A stretch of DNA of 35,853 bases from a virus. The DNA is taken from the IMG/VR virus record IMGVR_UViG_3300002461_000243, positions 1 to 35,853 of that record. One strand, written 5' to 3'. Each line of letters starts with the position of its first letter. Within the stretch, counting starts at the first letter, position 1. Of the stretch, positions 1-6,573 are shown piece by piece. The position numbers were made by a program, and so were the translations under genes. Under the pieces are notes generated by a model. It was not told the DNA's origin. It did not search any database and saw nothing but the letters and a program-made list of their open reading frames with translations.

Positions 1-94
1 CTGAAAAGTCTTTTCCTTCAACTATCGCCTCTATATTGGCTCCGTTTCTAAAAAAAGTTCCACTGCTAAAGCTAGATGCAAAGCCCTTCATAAA
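1..94. repeat. Terminal direct repeat, copy 1 (identical to 35760..35853)
   Basis: Read directly: bases 1-94 equal bases 35760-35853. The repeat cuts through the 5' end of the minus-strand ORF 35530..35850, as expected for an assembly overlap of a circular or permuted genome. Confidence 0.9.
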
Positions 95-99
95 ATCAT

Positions 100-366
100 T
101 CATTTTGTCTCCAAACTTTCTAATTCAGCCCAGGATGCGCCTTTGTTAAACTCTTTGTCGATCATGTCTTTAGGAAAATGCATTGGAAGGCCCTCGAAAG
201 TATCTTTTTTACTCATTACAAGGCTTTCGTCCATTGCATCGTAAATATTTTGAACTAATAGCTGGGCCTCAAGTGATAACTTACCAAAGTTTGTTGGATC
301 ATAGAATTCGCTTGAATCCCAAGACTCTTCACCTCTTTCAACTGCCCTAGCTACTGATAAGCTCAT
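100..366 (-). CDS. Hypothetical protein (88 aa), second gene of the minus arm
   Basis: Intact ORF. Its ATG overlaps the TGA of the upstream gene (ATGA at 363-366), which suggests translational coupling. Confidence 0.7.
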   Translation of the reverse strand: MSLSVARAVERGEESWDSSEFYDPTNFGKLSLEAQLLVQNIYDAMDESLVMSKKDTFEGLPMHFPKDMIDKEFNKGASWAELESLETK

Positions 367-734
367 TTTTTAGGCTTTCTGCCCCGTTTAGGCTTTGGAT
401 CGTTATCAATTACGGGATTATGCATTGCCAGCTTTGCGTTAAACTCTTCAATTTGCTCCGATGTTTCTGCTTGCTCAAAGCTATAAGCCTTATCCAGGTG
501 ATCTGCTTTAAACTCTTGTAGGCTCAAAAGGTCAATAAGGGTTTCAAGGCTTTTAGGGCTTAAATGACCAAAGCTCCCTTCCCTAGCTTCCTCGACTTTA
601 GTTTCATATTTTTTAAGAGCCCAGGATTTCAGTGCTTTTAAATCAGGCTTTTTCCCAAGTCGTTCTTCAAATGACTTGGAATGCATCTCAAGCACTGCCT
701 CAAGTTCCTCTCGGCTTTTATCCCTATAGATCAT
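363..734 (-). CDS. Hypothetical protein (123 aa) with a basic AT-hook-like C-terminus (PKPKRGRKPKK); first gene of the minus arm
   Basis: ORF with an AAAGGA Shine-Dalgarno-like sequence about 9 nt upstream of the ATG at 734. The C-terminal KRGRKPKK resembles the AT-hook RGRP core. Any DNA-binding role is inference only. Confidence 0.7.
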   Translation of the reverse strand: MIYRDKSREELEAVLEMHSKSFEERLGKKPDLKALKSWALKKYETKVEEAREGSFGHLSPKSLETLIDLLSLQEFKADHLDKAYSFEQAETSEQIEEFNAKLAMHNPVIDNDPKPKRGRKPKK

Positions 735-864
735 CGATTAAATCCTTTTAATAATGTTTATGACTATAGCCTAGCAAGGCTTTGTAAATAATGCAATAGG
801 GCTAAATGCAGCTTGCAGTTTGTTTAGTTTGTGTTTACATTGTGTTTATAGCAAGGCGGTTTAC
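735..864. promoter_or_regulatory. Divergent control region between the two genome arms, with 11-bp phased TGTTTA repeats at 818-850
   Basis: This non-coding gap lies between the divergent genes 363..734(-) and 865..1374(+). TGTTTA occurs at 821, 832 and 843, an exact 11-bp period. A candidate plus-strand promoter is TTGCAG(813-818)-17 nt-TACATT(836-841), and the repeats fill its spacer. tttgttta at 819-826 is the reverse complement of the TAAACAAA motif seen near other plus-strand gene starts. Confidence 0.45.
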
Positions 865-1374
865 ATGAGAAATTATCAAGTACAAAACGTATACAATATT
901 CCACTTAAGACTTTATTAGCGATTAAAGAAAATGGTTTTCGATCAAAAGATTGCACTGTCGACTATTGTCCTTTTGAAGTTGATTTAAGAATTATTGAGC
1001 TACAAGAATCAAAAGCTACAAAACAAATGATGACTCAAGCTGAATCTGACGCAATCGACTATCAATTACTTGCTCTTTTAGAATCACACTGCCCAGGCCA
1101 ATACCTTTTAAACCTTATTGATAACGCTTTAATGCAAGAAATTACAATGCCTTATGGTGACGAATGCCAATATGACGCCGTGGCGGAAGTTAGTTTAAAA
1201 GATAATAAAATTGTTATCGATTACGAGTCTGCAACCTTGCATCACCAAGACGGAATAATGGGGCCTTTTGAGTATTGGAAATTTAGAACTGAGCTTTACT
1301 TCAAAGTTGAGTTTATTACCGCAATGTTTAACGATTATAAAAAAACAAAAGAAAAGGCCGTGGGATGCTTATAA
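865..1374 (+). CDS. Hypothetical protein (169 aa)
   Basis: Long ORF. I prefer the ATG at 865 (AAGG 8 nt upstream) to the TTG at 820 given by the ORF track, because 820 lies inside the repeat/promoter region and has no RBS. Confidence 0.7.
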   Translation: MRNYQVQNVYNIPLKTLLAIKENGFRSKDCTVDYCPFEVDLRIIELQESKATKQMMTQAESDAIDYQLLALLESHCPGQYLLNLIDNALMQEITMPYGDECQYDAVAEVSLKDNKIVIDYESATLHHQDGIMGPFEYWKFRTELYFKVEFITAMFNDYKKTKEKAVGCL

Positions 1375-1538
1375 AATCCCACAAACTTCATTATTCACCC
1401 CTAAATGCCTTTAAAACCGCCTGCAATATCTATACTGGCAACAAAGTCGTCTGTGTGACCAACCTTCGGGCCAAGGTAACTTGTAAAAATTGCCTTAAAG
1501 TCATGCAGCCAATTAAAATACTGGACACAGCAAAGTAA
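1365..1538 (+). CDS. Small Cys-motif (zinc-ribbon-like) protein, 57 aa, absent from the ORF track
   Basis: Hand translation gives MLIKSHKLHYSPLNAFKTACNIYTGNKVVCVTNLRAKVTCKNCLKVMQPIKILDTAK*. It fills an otherwise unexplained 195-nt gap. It shares the motif VTCxNCLK with the 47-aa ORF at 8228..8371. Confidence 0.55.
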   Translation: MLIKSHKLHYSPLNAFKTACNIYTGNKVVCVTNLRAKVTCKNCLKVMQPIKILDTAK

Positions 1539-1569
1539 ACAAATTAGTTTAGTCTTTATCGGAGGCATT

Positions 1570-1818
1570 ATGAGACATTTCGCACAAGAATTAGAATTTA
1601 ACTTTGAATCGGACGAGCTTTCTATTGATCAAAAAGTATGCAGGCTTGTTCAGGTCCGCTTTTTGGCTGAAGACAACGGCAGTCAGATGCTTTTAGATGC
1701 TTGGTGCCCAGAGACACAAACAGAGCTCGACATCATGGATTTTCCGGCTGCTGAAGTTAAGCGAATGGAAAAAATGGCTCAATCAACTTATGAGAAATGG
1801 GTTAGCAGATGTTCATAA
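1570..1818 (+). CDS. Hypothetical protein (82 aa)
   Basis: ORF with a GGAGG RBS at 1560-1564, 5 nt before the ATG. Confidence 0.75.
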   Translation: MRHFAQELEFNFESDELSIDQKVCRLVQVRFLAEDNGSQMLLDAWCPETQTELDIMDFPAAEVKRMEKMAQSTYEKWVSRCS

Positions 1819-2021
1819 CAGTAGAATTTAAATCAAAAGCCTTAAATCAAACCTTTCTGGTTACTGCTGAGGTCGATGGCTCTGTTTCTATTGAATCAGT
1901 AAGGGCCCTAGGTTTAAACGAAACTCTTTCTGAGATGATTTTCCCGCTTGATGAAAGAAAAGAGCTCAGAGAGCTTATAGACGACGAATATCTGCATTTA
2001 AAATACTCTAGGAGTCGATAA
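1809..2021 (+). CDS. Hypothetical protein (70 aa)
   Basis: ORF that overlaps the upstream gene by 10 nt, in the same operon. Confidence 0.65.
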   Translation: MFITVEFKSKALNQTFLVTAEVDGSVSIESVRALGLNETLSEMIFPLDERKELRELIDDEYLHLKYSRSR

Positions 2022-2152
2022 TGGAATTCATTTTAGCCGGTCTTGCTATTGTAATCGTTCTTAGGTTTTTACCGATTGTCTTAATTTTAGGCTTTTACGG
2101 ATTCTTTATTTTTTGGATTGCTGTCATAATTGCGGCTTTTGGCGGCAGATAG
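2021..2152 (+). CDS. Small hydrophobic protein, 43 aa, two predicted TM segments, absent from the ORF track
   Basis: Hand translation gives MEFILAGLAIVIVLRFLPIVLILGFYGFFIFWIAVIIAAFGGR*. Its start overlaps the upstream stop codon (TAATG at 2019-2023). Confidence 0.5.
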   Translation: MEFILAGLAIVIVLRFLPIVLILGFYGFFIFWIAVIIAAFGGR

Positions 2153-2156
2153 CTTA

Positions 2157-2185
2157 TTGACACCCCACGCATTTTAGTCTGTAAT
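2157..2185 (+). promoter_or_regulatory. Candidate sigma70-type promoter TTGACA-17 nt-TGTAAT
   Basis: TTGACA lies at 2157-2162 and TGTAAT at 2180-2185, with a 17-nt spacer. The -10 element ends 7 nt before the ATG at 2192, so the mRNA could be leaderless. Confidence 0.45.
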
Positions 2186-2191
2186 TTTTGC

Positions 2192-2422
2192 ATGATTAAA
2201 ATGCGCAGCCTTGAAATGCACGAGACCCCATACAACGAATCAAAGCCGAAAAAGAAGCATAAGCTTTATGGGTATTGCTCAAGCTTTAAATGCGTCTTTC
2301 AAGAACGTGGTAAAGAGGTCGATAAGGGCGAAGGCAATTGGCGCATGGTCTCAACGAATGTCCATGATGTTTATTGCGGGCACTGCGGTAATGCCATTTA
2401 CTGGTCTAAGCGCATAAAATAA
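2192..2422 (+). CDS. Small Cys-motif protein (76 aa; CSSFKC ... CGHCG)
   Basis: ORF with two Cys pairs that look like a zinc ribbon. There is no SD upstream, but a strong promoter-like sequence lies immediately upstream. Confidence 0.65.
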   Translation: MIKMRSLEMHETPYNESKPKKKHKLYGYCSSFKCVFQERGKEVDKGEGNWRMVSTNVHDVYCGHCGNAIYWSKRIK

Positions 2423-2428
2423 ATCAAA

Positions 2429-2457
2429 TTGCCAAATTAGTTTATTGTATTTAATAC
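2429..2457 (+). promoter_or_regulatory. Candidate promoter TTGCCA-17 nt-TAATAC upstream of the replication genes
   Basis: TTGCCA lies at 2429-2434 and TAATAC at 2452-2457. The site is in the 159-nt non-coding gap before 2581 and next to CAAATTAGTTTA (2433-2444), which also occurs at 1540-1551. Confidence 0.3.
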
Positions 2458-2464
2458 TTGCCCT

Positions 2465-2496
2465 AGAAAAAAAGAAACCCTTGCTAGGTGCAAGGG
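2465..2496 (-). terminator. Intrinsic-terminator-like hairpin oriented for the minus strand, inside the plus-strand arm
   Basis: The stem is CCCTTGC(2478-2484)/GCAAGGG(2490-2496) with a 5-nt loop. On the minus strand it is followed by UUUCUUUUUUU (complement of 2465-2477). On the plus strand it is followed by CAAAAACC, with no U tract. Confidence 0.5.
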
Positions 2497-2580
2497 CAAA
2501 AACCGAGATTTCTGTTGAATCCAGACAGTCAAGGTTTTAGCCCAAAATCCCGGTAAGGTCAACATTTACTGAGGGGTAAA

Positions 2581-3306
2581 ATGAAAAATACGATTTATAA
2601 AATCACCATAACAAACTGGAAAAAATACAACGAAAACATAAAATCTGGGCATAAAAGGATCTTGGTTTCCACTGGTTTTTTGAGCGATGCAAAGATCAGA
2701 ACTTTGAGCCCAGTCACCAAGTTGTTATACCTAAGTTGTCTGCTTGTCGCAGGAGAGTCAACACGAAGTCAGATCGAAGTCAGTCACGACTCACTTGTGT
2801 TTCAATCTGGAGTCAAGTCAGGGTCACTTCAAAGTCAACTCGATCAGCTCCAGTCATTACAGCTACTTACATACGAAAAAATTGATCCCCTTATTAATAG
2901 AATAGAAAAGAAAAGAATAGAAAAGAAAAGAAGTTCCAGCGAGGTCAAAACTCAAGAGCCCGCTGACAAGGATTTAAACCGCAAAATTTGGGATTCTTAC
3001 AAAGCAGCGTATTTGCTTCGCTACAAAGTTGAACCTGTCAGCAATGCCTCGGTTAATTCAAAGATTTCCCAACTCGCAAAGCGACTTGGGGCTGAGGCTG
3101 TGGATGTTATTAATTTTTATTTAACGCACAACGACTCGTTTTATTTGAAAAATTTACACTCCGTTGGGCATTGTCTTGCAAACGCAGAAAGTCTTAGGAC
3201 ACAAATGCTTAGGGGAAAAGCCGTTACTGGGAAAGACGTTCAAGAGTTTGAAAAGCAAAACTCTTTTGCCGAGCAAATGAATCGAATGGGGGGGCAAAAC
3301 ACATGA
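2581..3306 (+). CDS. Replisome-organizer / origin-binding-like protein (241 aa)
   Basis: GAGGGG RBS before the ATG. The N-terminal pattern (WKKYN...FLSDAKIRTLSPVTKLLYLSCLLVAG) resembles the phage replisome-organizer N-terminal winged-helix domain (SPP1 G38P type). The gene contains a DNA-level iteron array and is followed by a loader-like gene. Confidence 0.5.
   Translation: MKNTIYKITITNWKKYNENIKSGHKRILVSTGFLSDAKIRTLSPVTKLLYLSCLLVAGESTRSQIEVSHDSLVFQSGVKSGSLQSQLDQLQSLQLLTYEKIDPLINRIEKKRIEKKRSSSEVKTQEPADKDLNRKIWDSYKAAYLLRYKVEPVSNASVNSKISQLAKRLGAEAVDVINFYLTHNDSFYLKNLHSVGHCLANAESLRTQMLRGKAVTGKDVQEFEKQNSFAEQMNRMGGQNT
2756..2856. repeat. Phased AGTCA iteron-like array (putative origin) inside the organizer gene
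   Basis: AGTCA occurs at 2756, 2767, 2778, 2782, 2811, 2816, 2833 and 2852, with one more at 2712. Positions 2756+11k for k=0..7 read AGTCA, AGTCA, AGTCA, ACTCA, TTTCA, AGTCA, GGTCA, AGTCA. The copies fall in all three codon phases, so the repeat is a DNA-level feature and not a codon-level one. Confidence 0.55.
2901..2930. repeat. Perfect tandem 15-bp A-rich repeat (AATAGAAAAGAAAAG x2) next to the iteron array
   Basis: Read directly. It encodes RIEKKRIEKKR and gives a purine-rich, AT-rich block downstream of the iterons. Confidence 0.8.
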
Positions 3307-3854
3307 GTCGAGCAATAAAATTAAAATGGGTGACTCTTTGCGCGTATTTCCAAAAGCAACTCCCAGACGTGGTTATCGAAATGTATTTTCAAGACGTGTC
3401 TGACCTACCAGAAAGCGATGTTTTAAACGCATTAGACACATGGCGCTTAAATCCAAAAAATCGAAGCGTACCTTTGCCTTCCCAGATCCGGGACATGATT
3501 GATCCTGTAAGCTTTGACGAGGATTCTGTTGCCCGAGAAACTATTGCCAGCATTTTGCAGGCCATTGACAAGTTTGGATACGCATCGCCAGATTTAGCAA
3601 AAGAATTTATTGGGTCTCTTGGCTGGTCTGTGGTTCGCGTTTACGGAGGCTGGGAAAGTCTTTGCAGGTCTTTGGGTGACACAATTTCTTTAGATACTTT
3701 TAACGCTCAAGCCAGGGAATTGGTAAAATCTAGGGCAAAATATGGCGATTCCATAATGGATTACGCAAAACAGCTAGAATATGGCCAAAAAAATCAGGAA
3801 TATTCACAAATCGGGCAGCTACAAAAGCTTTTACAAATTAAAACGATTGAATAA
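3303..3854 (+). CDS. Putative helicase-loader-like protein (G39P-like N-terminal pattern), 183 aa
   Basis: ATGA overlap with the organizer gene. The N-terminal pattern (...MYFQDVSDLPESDVLNALDTWRLNPKNRSVPLPSQIRDMI) resembles the SPP1 G39P loader family layout (W..L.D....V..AL......k.fP..aeI). The position after the organizer gene fits. Confidence 0.4.
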   Translation: MSRAIKLKWVTLCAYFQKQLPDVVIEMYFQDVSDLPESDVLNALDTWRLNPKNRSVPLPSQIRDMIDPVSFDEDSVARETIASILQAIDKFGYASPDLAKEFIGSLGWSVVRVYGGWESLCRSLGDTISLDTFNAQARELVKSRAKYGDSIMDYAKQLEYGQKNQEYSQIGQLQKLLQIKTIE

Positions 3855-3884
3855 AAACTCGCAAAAATAATGGTCCTGCGTCAG

Positions 3885-3904
3885 AATCTTAAATAATCTT
3901 AAAT
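3885..3904. repeat. Tandem 10-bp repeat AATCTTAAAT x2 in the intergenic region
   Basis: Read directly at 3885-3894 and 3895-3904, about 50 nt upstream of the TTG-start gene at 3956. Confidence 0.7.
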
Positions 3905-3955
3905 TAAGTACAAATTAACCCCCTTGTTGTTCAGGATTTAAACAGGGGGTGCTTA

Positions 3956-4660
3956 TTGAAAAACGACTGCATACTTGTTTGGCCGGATTTTCACGCTCCC
4001 TATCAGCACAGAGACGCTATTTCGTTTTTAAAGGCCGTAAAAGCCAAGTATAAGCCAACCAGGGTTATCTCACTGGGTGATGAGTGTGACCTACACAGCG
4101 TTTCGATGCATGACCATGATCCAGACCTGCCAAGCCCAGGTGATGAGCTAGAAATGATTAAGCGGGCTCTGAAGCAGCTTTACACTCTATTCCCGCAAGT
4201 TGATGTCTTAGAATCAAATCATGGCTCTTTGTTTTACCGTAGGGCTAAAAAGTTTGGCCTTCCTAAAAAAGTCATGAAGACTTATCAGGAAATTCTTGAG
4301 GCTCCTAACGGGTGGAGATGGCATCATGATCTCACGATCACATTACCGGACGGAAGTCCCCTGTATTTGTGCCATGGGCAGTCTAGCGATGTGCTTAAAA
4401 ACTCTAAAAATAAGTCCATGCATTATATCCAAGGCCATCATCATTCAAAATACGAAATAAGGTACTGGGCTAATAGCCTTCAGCTTTATTGGGGAGTGAC
4501 CGGAGGCTGCCTTATTGACCATAAAGCCATGGCCTTTGACTACGGAAAGCTTGCGCTTGAAAAGCCAATTTTGGGCTGCACAATTATCAAAAACTCGCAT
4601 CCCATACTTGTCCCTATGATTTTAGACAAGCGTGGCCGGTGGATAAAGAGGCTGGCATGA
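3956..4660 (+). CDS. Calcineurin-like metallophosphoesterase (234 aa), TTG start
   Basis: The ordered motifs are DxH (PDFHAP), GDxxD (LGDECD), GNH-like (SNHG), and later H/GH motifs (CHG, QGHHH). An AGGGGG RBS at 3944-3949 precedes the TTG. Confidence 0.7.
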   Translation: MKNDCILVWPDFHAPYQHRDAISFLKAVKAKYKPTRVISLGDECDLHSVSMHDHDPDLPSPGDELEMIKRALKQLYTLFPQVDVLESNHGSLFYRRAKKFGLPKKVMKTYQEILEAPNGWRWHHDLTITLPDGSPLYLCHGQSSDVLKNSKNKSMHYIQGHHHSKYEIRYWANSLQLYWGVTGGCLIDHKAMAFDYGKLALEKPILGCTIIKNSHPILVPMILDKRGRWIKRLA

Positions 4661-4959
4661 AAAAGCTTATTGGCTCTGTGGTAATCTTTGGGCAAAAGTG
4701 GAAAATATATGAGCACAAAGACTTGCCAGACAATATTAACGGCTATTGTTATCCGCATGAAAAGGTAATTCACATTAGGCATGGGCTTGATAAGGCCACA
4801 TTTCGTAAAATTTACATTCACGAGCTCGTGCATTCAGCTCTTTGCGAAATGGAATTTTTTGTCACTGGAATGGATGGCCAAGCCGAAGAAATCCTTGTTA
4901 ATCAGCTTGCCATTATTATTTCTAAAAATTTTGACACAATAGCAAAACACCTTAAATAA
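4657..4959 (+). CDS. Small HExxH zinc-metallopeptidase-like protein (ImmA/IrrE- or SprT-like), about 100 aa
   Basis: Contains the motif IYIHELVHSAL. I prefer the ATG at 4657 (ATGA overlap with the phosphoesterase stop) to the ATG at 4639. An XRE-HTH gene lies directly downstream. Confidence 0.5.
   Translation: MKKLIGSVVIFGQKWKIYEHKDLPDNINGYCYPHEKVIHIRHGLDKATFRKIYIHELVHSALCEMEFFVTGMDGQAEEILVNQLAIIISKNFDTIAKHLK
4931..4958 (+). promoter_or_regulatory. Candidate promoter TTGACA-16 nt-TAAATA for the XRE gene
   Basis: TTGACA lies at 4931-4936 and TAAATA at 4953-4958, at the 3' end of the peptidase gene. Confidence 0.4.
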
Positions 4960-4973
4960 ATTTCTTTACAAAC

Positions 4974-5005
4974 TAAACAAAGCCTGTATTTTGTTTTAAA
5001 CAAAG
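4974..5005. promoter_or_regulatory. Operator-like repeats TAAACAAAG x2 with an internal inverted copy
   Basis: TAAACAAAG occurs at 4974-4982 and 4997-5005, 23 bp apart. AAACAAA(4975-4981) and TTTGTTT(4990-4996) form an inverted repeat. The site sits between the candidate promoter and the ATG at 5016. Confidence 0.45.
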
Positions 5006-5015
5006 GCAGGTATAT

Positions 5016-5270
5016 ATGAAATTTAAAGAATACGGCGTAATCGCACGGGCCGCTAGGCTTAAGCTAGGTCTTACGCAAAAACAAATTGCAGACAGCTTCG
5101 GCTGGACTACTCCGCAGTTTGTATCAAACATTGAATCGGGCAAATCCTTTTATCCAGCGCATTGCTTGGCAATTTTTCCAAAGGCAACGGCCCGTAAATT
5201 AAGTGACTGCGAGATCCGATTACAAATCAAACGATATAAGGAGAGAAAAAATGAAGTACAAAAAGCATAA
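5016..5270 (+). CDS. XRE-family helix-turn-helix transcriptional regulator (84 aa)
   Basis: Shows the classic HTH_3 pattern ARLKLGLTQKQIADSFGWTTPQFVSNIESGKS. Confidence 0.8.
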   Translation: MKFKEYGVIARAARLKLGLTQKQIADSFGWTTPQFVSNIESGKSFYPAHCLAIFPKATARKLSDCEIRLQIKRYKERKNEVQKA

Positions 5271-5568
5271 CTACTATAATGAAGCGATCAACTTTTTTAA
5301 AAATCACCAAGGTATTTTAGACGCCTTGGAAAGCATTAATGAAAAAAACAAGGCCTATTACCTTCGTACAATCAATAAGGGCGTTATTGGTTATTCGATT
5401 TTTGAAAGACTAAAGCTTGCCTCTAGGCTTCAAAGAGTAACTGGCGAAGGTGCCCAAAGAGTTCAGGTCGCCGCAAATCACAGCAAGGATATGGAAAATC
5501 TGGTAATTGCGTCCAATTTGCCAGCCTCTCAAAAAATCGAAATGCTGAAAGTGCTTTGGAATGTTTGA
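5251..5568 (+). CDS. Hypothetical protein (105 aa)
   Basis: I prefer the ATG at 5251, with AAGGAG at 5238-5243 upstream, to the track start at 5203. Confidence 0.65.
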   Translation: MKYKKHNYYNEAINFFKNHQGILDALESINEKNKAYYLRTINKGVIGYSIFERLKLASRLQRVTGEGAQRVQVAANHSKDMENLVIASNLPASQKIEMLKVLWNV

Positions 5569-6277
5569 TCCGAATTACCCGTCAATTTTAATTAGCAACC
5601 AAAGGCACGACTCTGACAGCGCAAACCACACGGCGTATTATTATTTTATGCGGCAGATTTTAGGACACAAAGAGGATTTGCCGCTTTACCTTTACGTTGA
5701 CGAACACACTGGTCTTTTTAAAAGACACCCTGACCGTGAGGTTAATAGTTTTACAAGGGATCAGTTTACGCCTTTTCTGGGTTTTTGCTCATTGTTTTTG
5801 GTAAAGCCCACTTCTTTTTGGGATGTAAATGACTTTTATCAGCTTGTGCTTTTGAATAATGGCTTTTTCTTTAATGAAGTTCAAAGCAACGGTGATAAAA
5901 AACCTTGGTATGACCGAGACTGGTTAGACTTTCAGACTCGCTCGCTTTACTACCGCATGATAAGCACTGATGGCCGCAAGGCGATGAGATATATGCATTA
6001 TGTGGGCGATCTTAACCTTTGGCTGAACATCCTTTACAAGGACCGCTTTAAGCCCGATCACAATGCAGATGAAAACATTCATATTCACTTAATTGTGGCC
6101 CGAGTAAAGCATCCGACTTTCTTGGCAAAATGGGCTTGGAATTATTATTTTTACAAGACCAAAAAACCATGGCAAAAAAAGATCTTTGATTTTTTTGACC
6201 GAAATGGAACTTATTACCCTGAACTTGTTGAGCCGGCCATTGAGGCGATGGATTTGCTTTTGAAGAGGTATAAATGA
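5561..6277 (+). CDS. Hypothetical protein (238 aa), aromatic-rich
   Basis: Long ORF that overlaps the upstream gene by 8 nt. I recognised no motif. Confidence 0.75.
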   Translation: MFDPNYPSILISNQRHDSDSANHTAYYYFMRQILGHKEDLPLYLYVDEHTGLFKRHPDREVNSFTRDQFTPFLGFCSLFLVKPTSFWDVNDFYQLVLLNNGFFFNEVQSNGDKKPWYDRDWLDFQTRSLYYRMISTDGRKAMRYMHYVGDLNLWLNILYKDRFKPDHNADENIHIHLIVARVKHPTFLAKWAWNYYFYKTKKPWQKKIFDFFDRNGTYYPELVEPAIEAMDLLLKRYK

Positions 6278-6573
6278 AAACAACTCTACCAATTATAATT
6301 CAAATGGCCAAAACGGGAAAGGTTTTTGAATACAGGAAAATTGACACAGAAAATTGGCTACATTCAGACTCGATTCACGGTGCTCAAAGGTGGAACACAG
6401 AATCTATTATGGCTGATTGGGAAATCAGGGAAATTCAAGAGCCATTAAAGTTTGAAACAAAGATTAGAACCCTTGCAATGTATGACACAGAAAGATGCCA
6501 AATTTTATTTCATTTAGATAAAAAATATGAAGGAAAGCTTTTTGATCTTGTTTTAACGGAAATTAAAGAATGA
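6274..6573 (+). CDS. Hypothetical protein (99 aa), paralog of 6570..6911
   Basis: ATGA coupling. It shares MKTT..., W..EIxEPLK.E and LVLTEIK with the next gene. Confidence 0.75.
   Translation: MKTTLPIIIQMAKTGKVFEYRKIDTENWLHSDSIHGAQRWNTESIMADWEIREIQEPLKFETKIRTLAMYDTERCQILFHLDKKYEGKLFDLVLTEIKE

Noticed and set aside
5016-5270. Reading the XRE repressor as evidence that this is a temperate phage or prophage
   Set aside because: I found no integrase, excisionase, attachment-site repeats or partition genes anywhere in the closed genome. An HTH regulator alone does not establish lysogeny.
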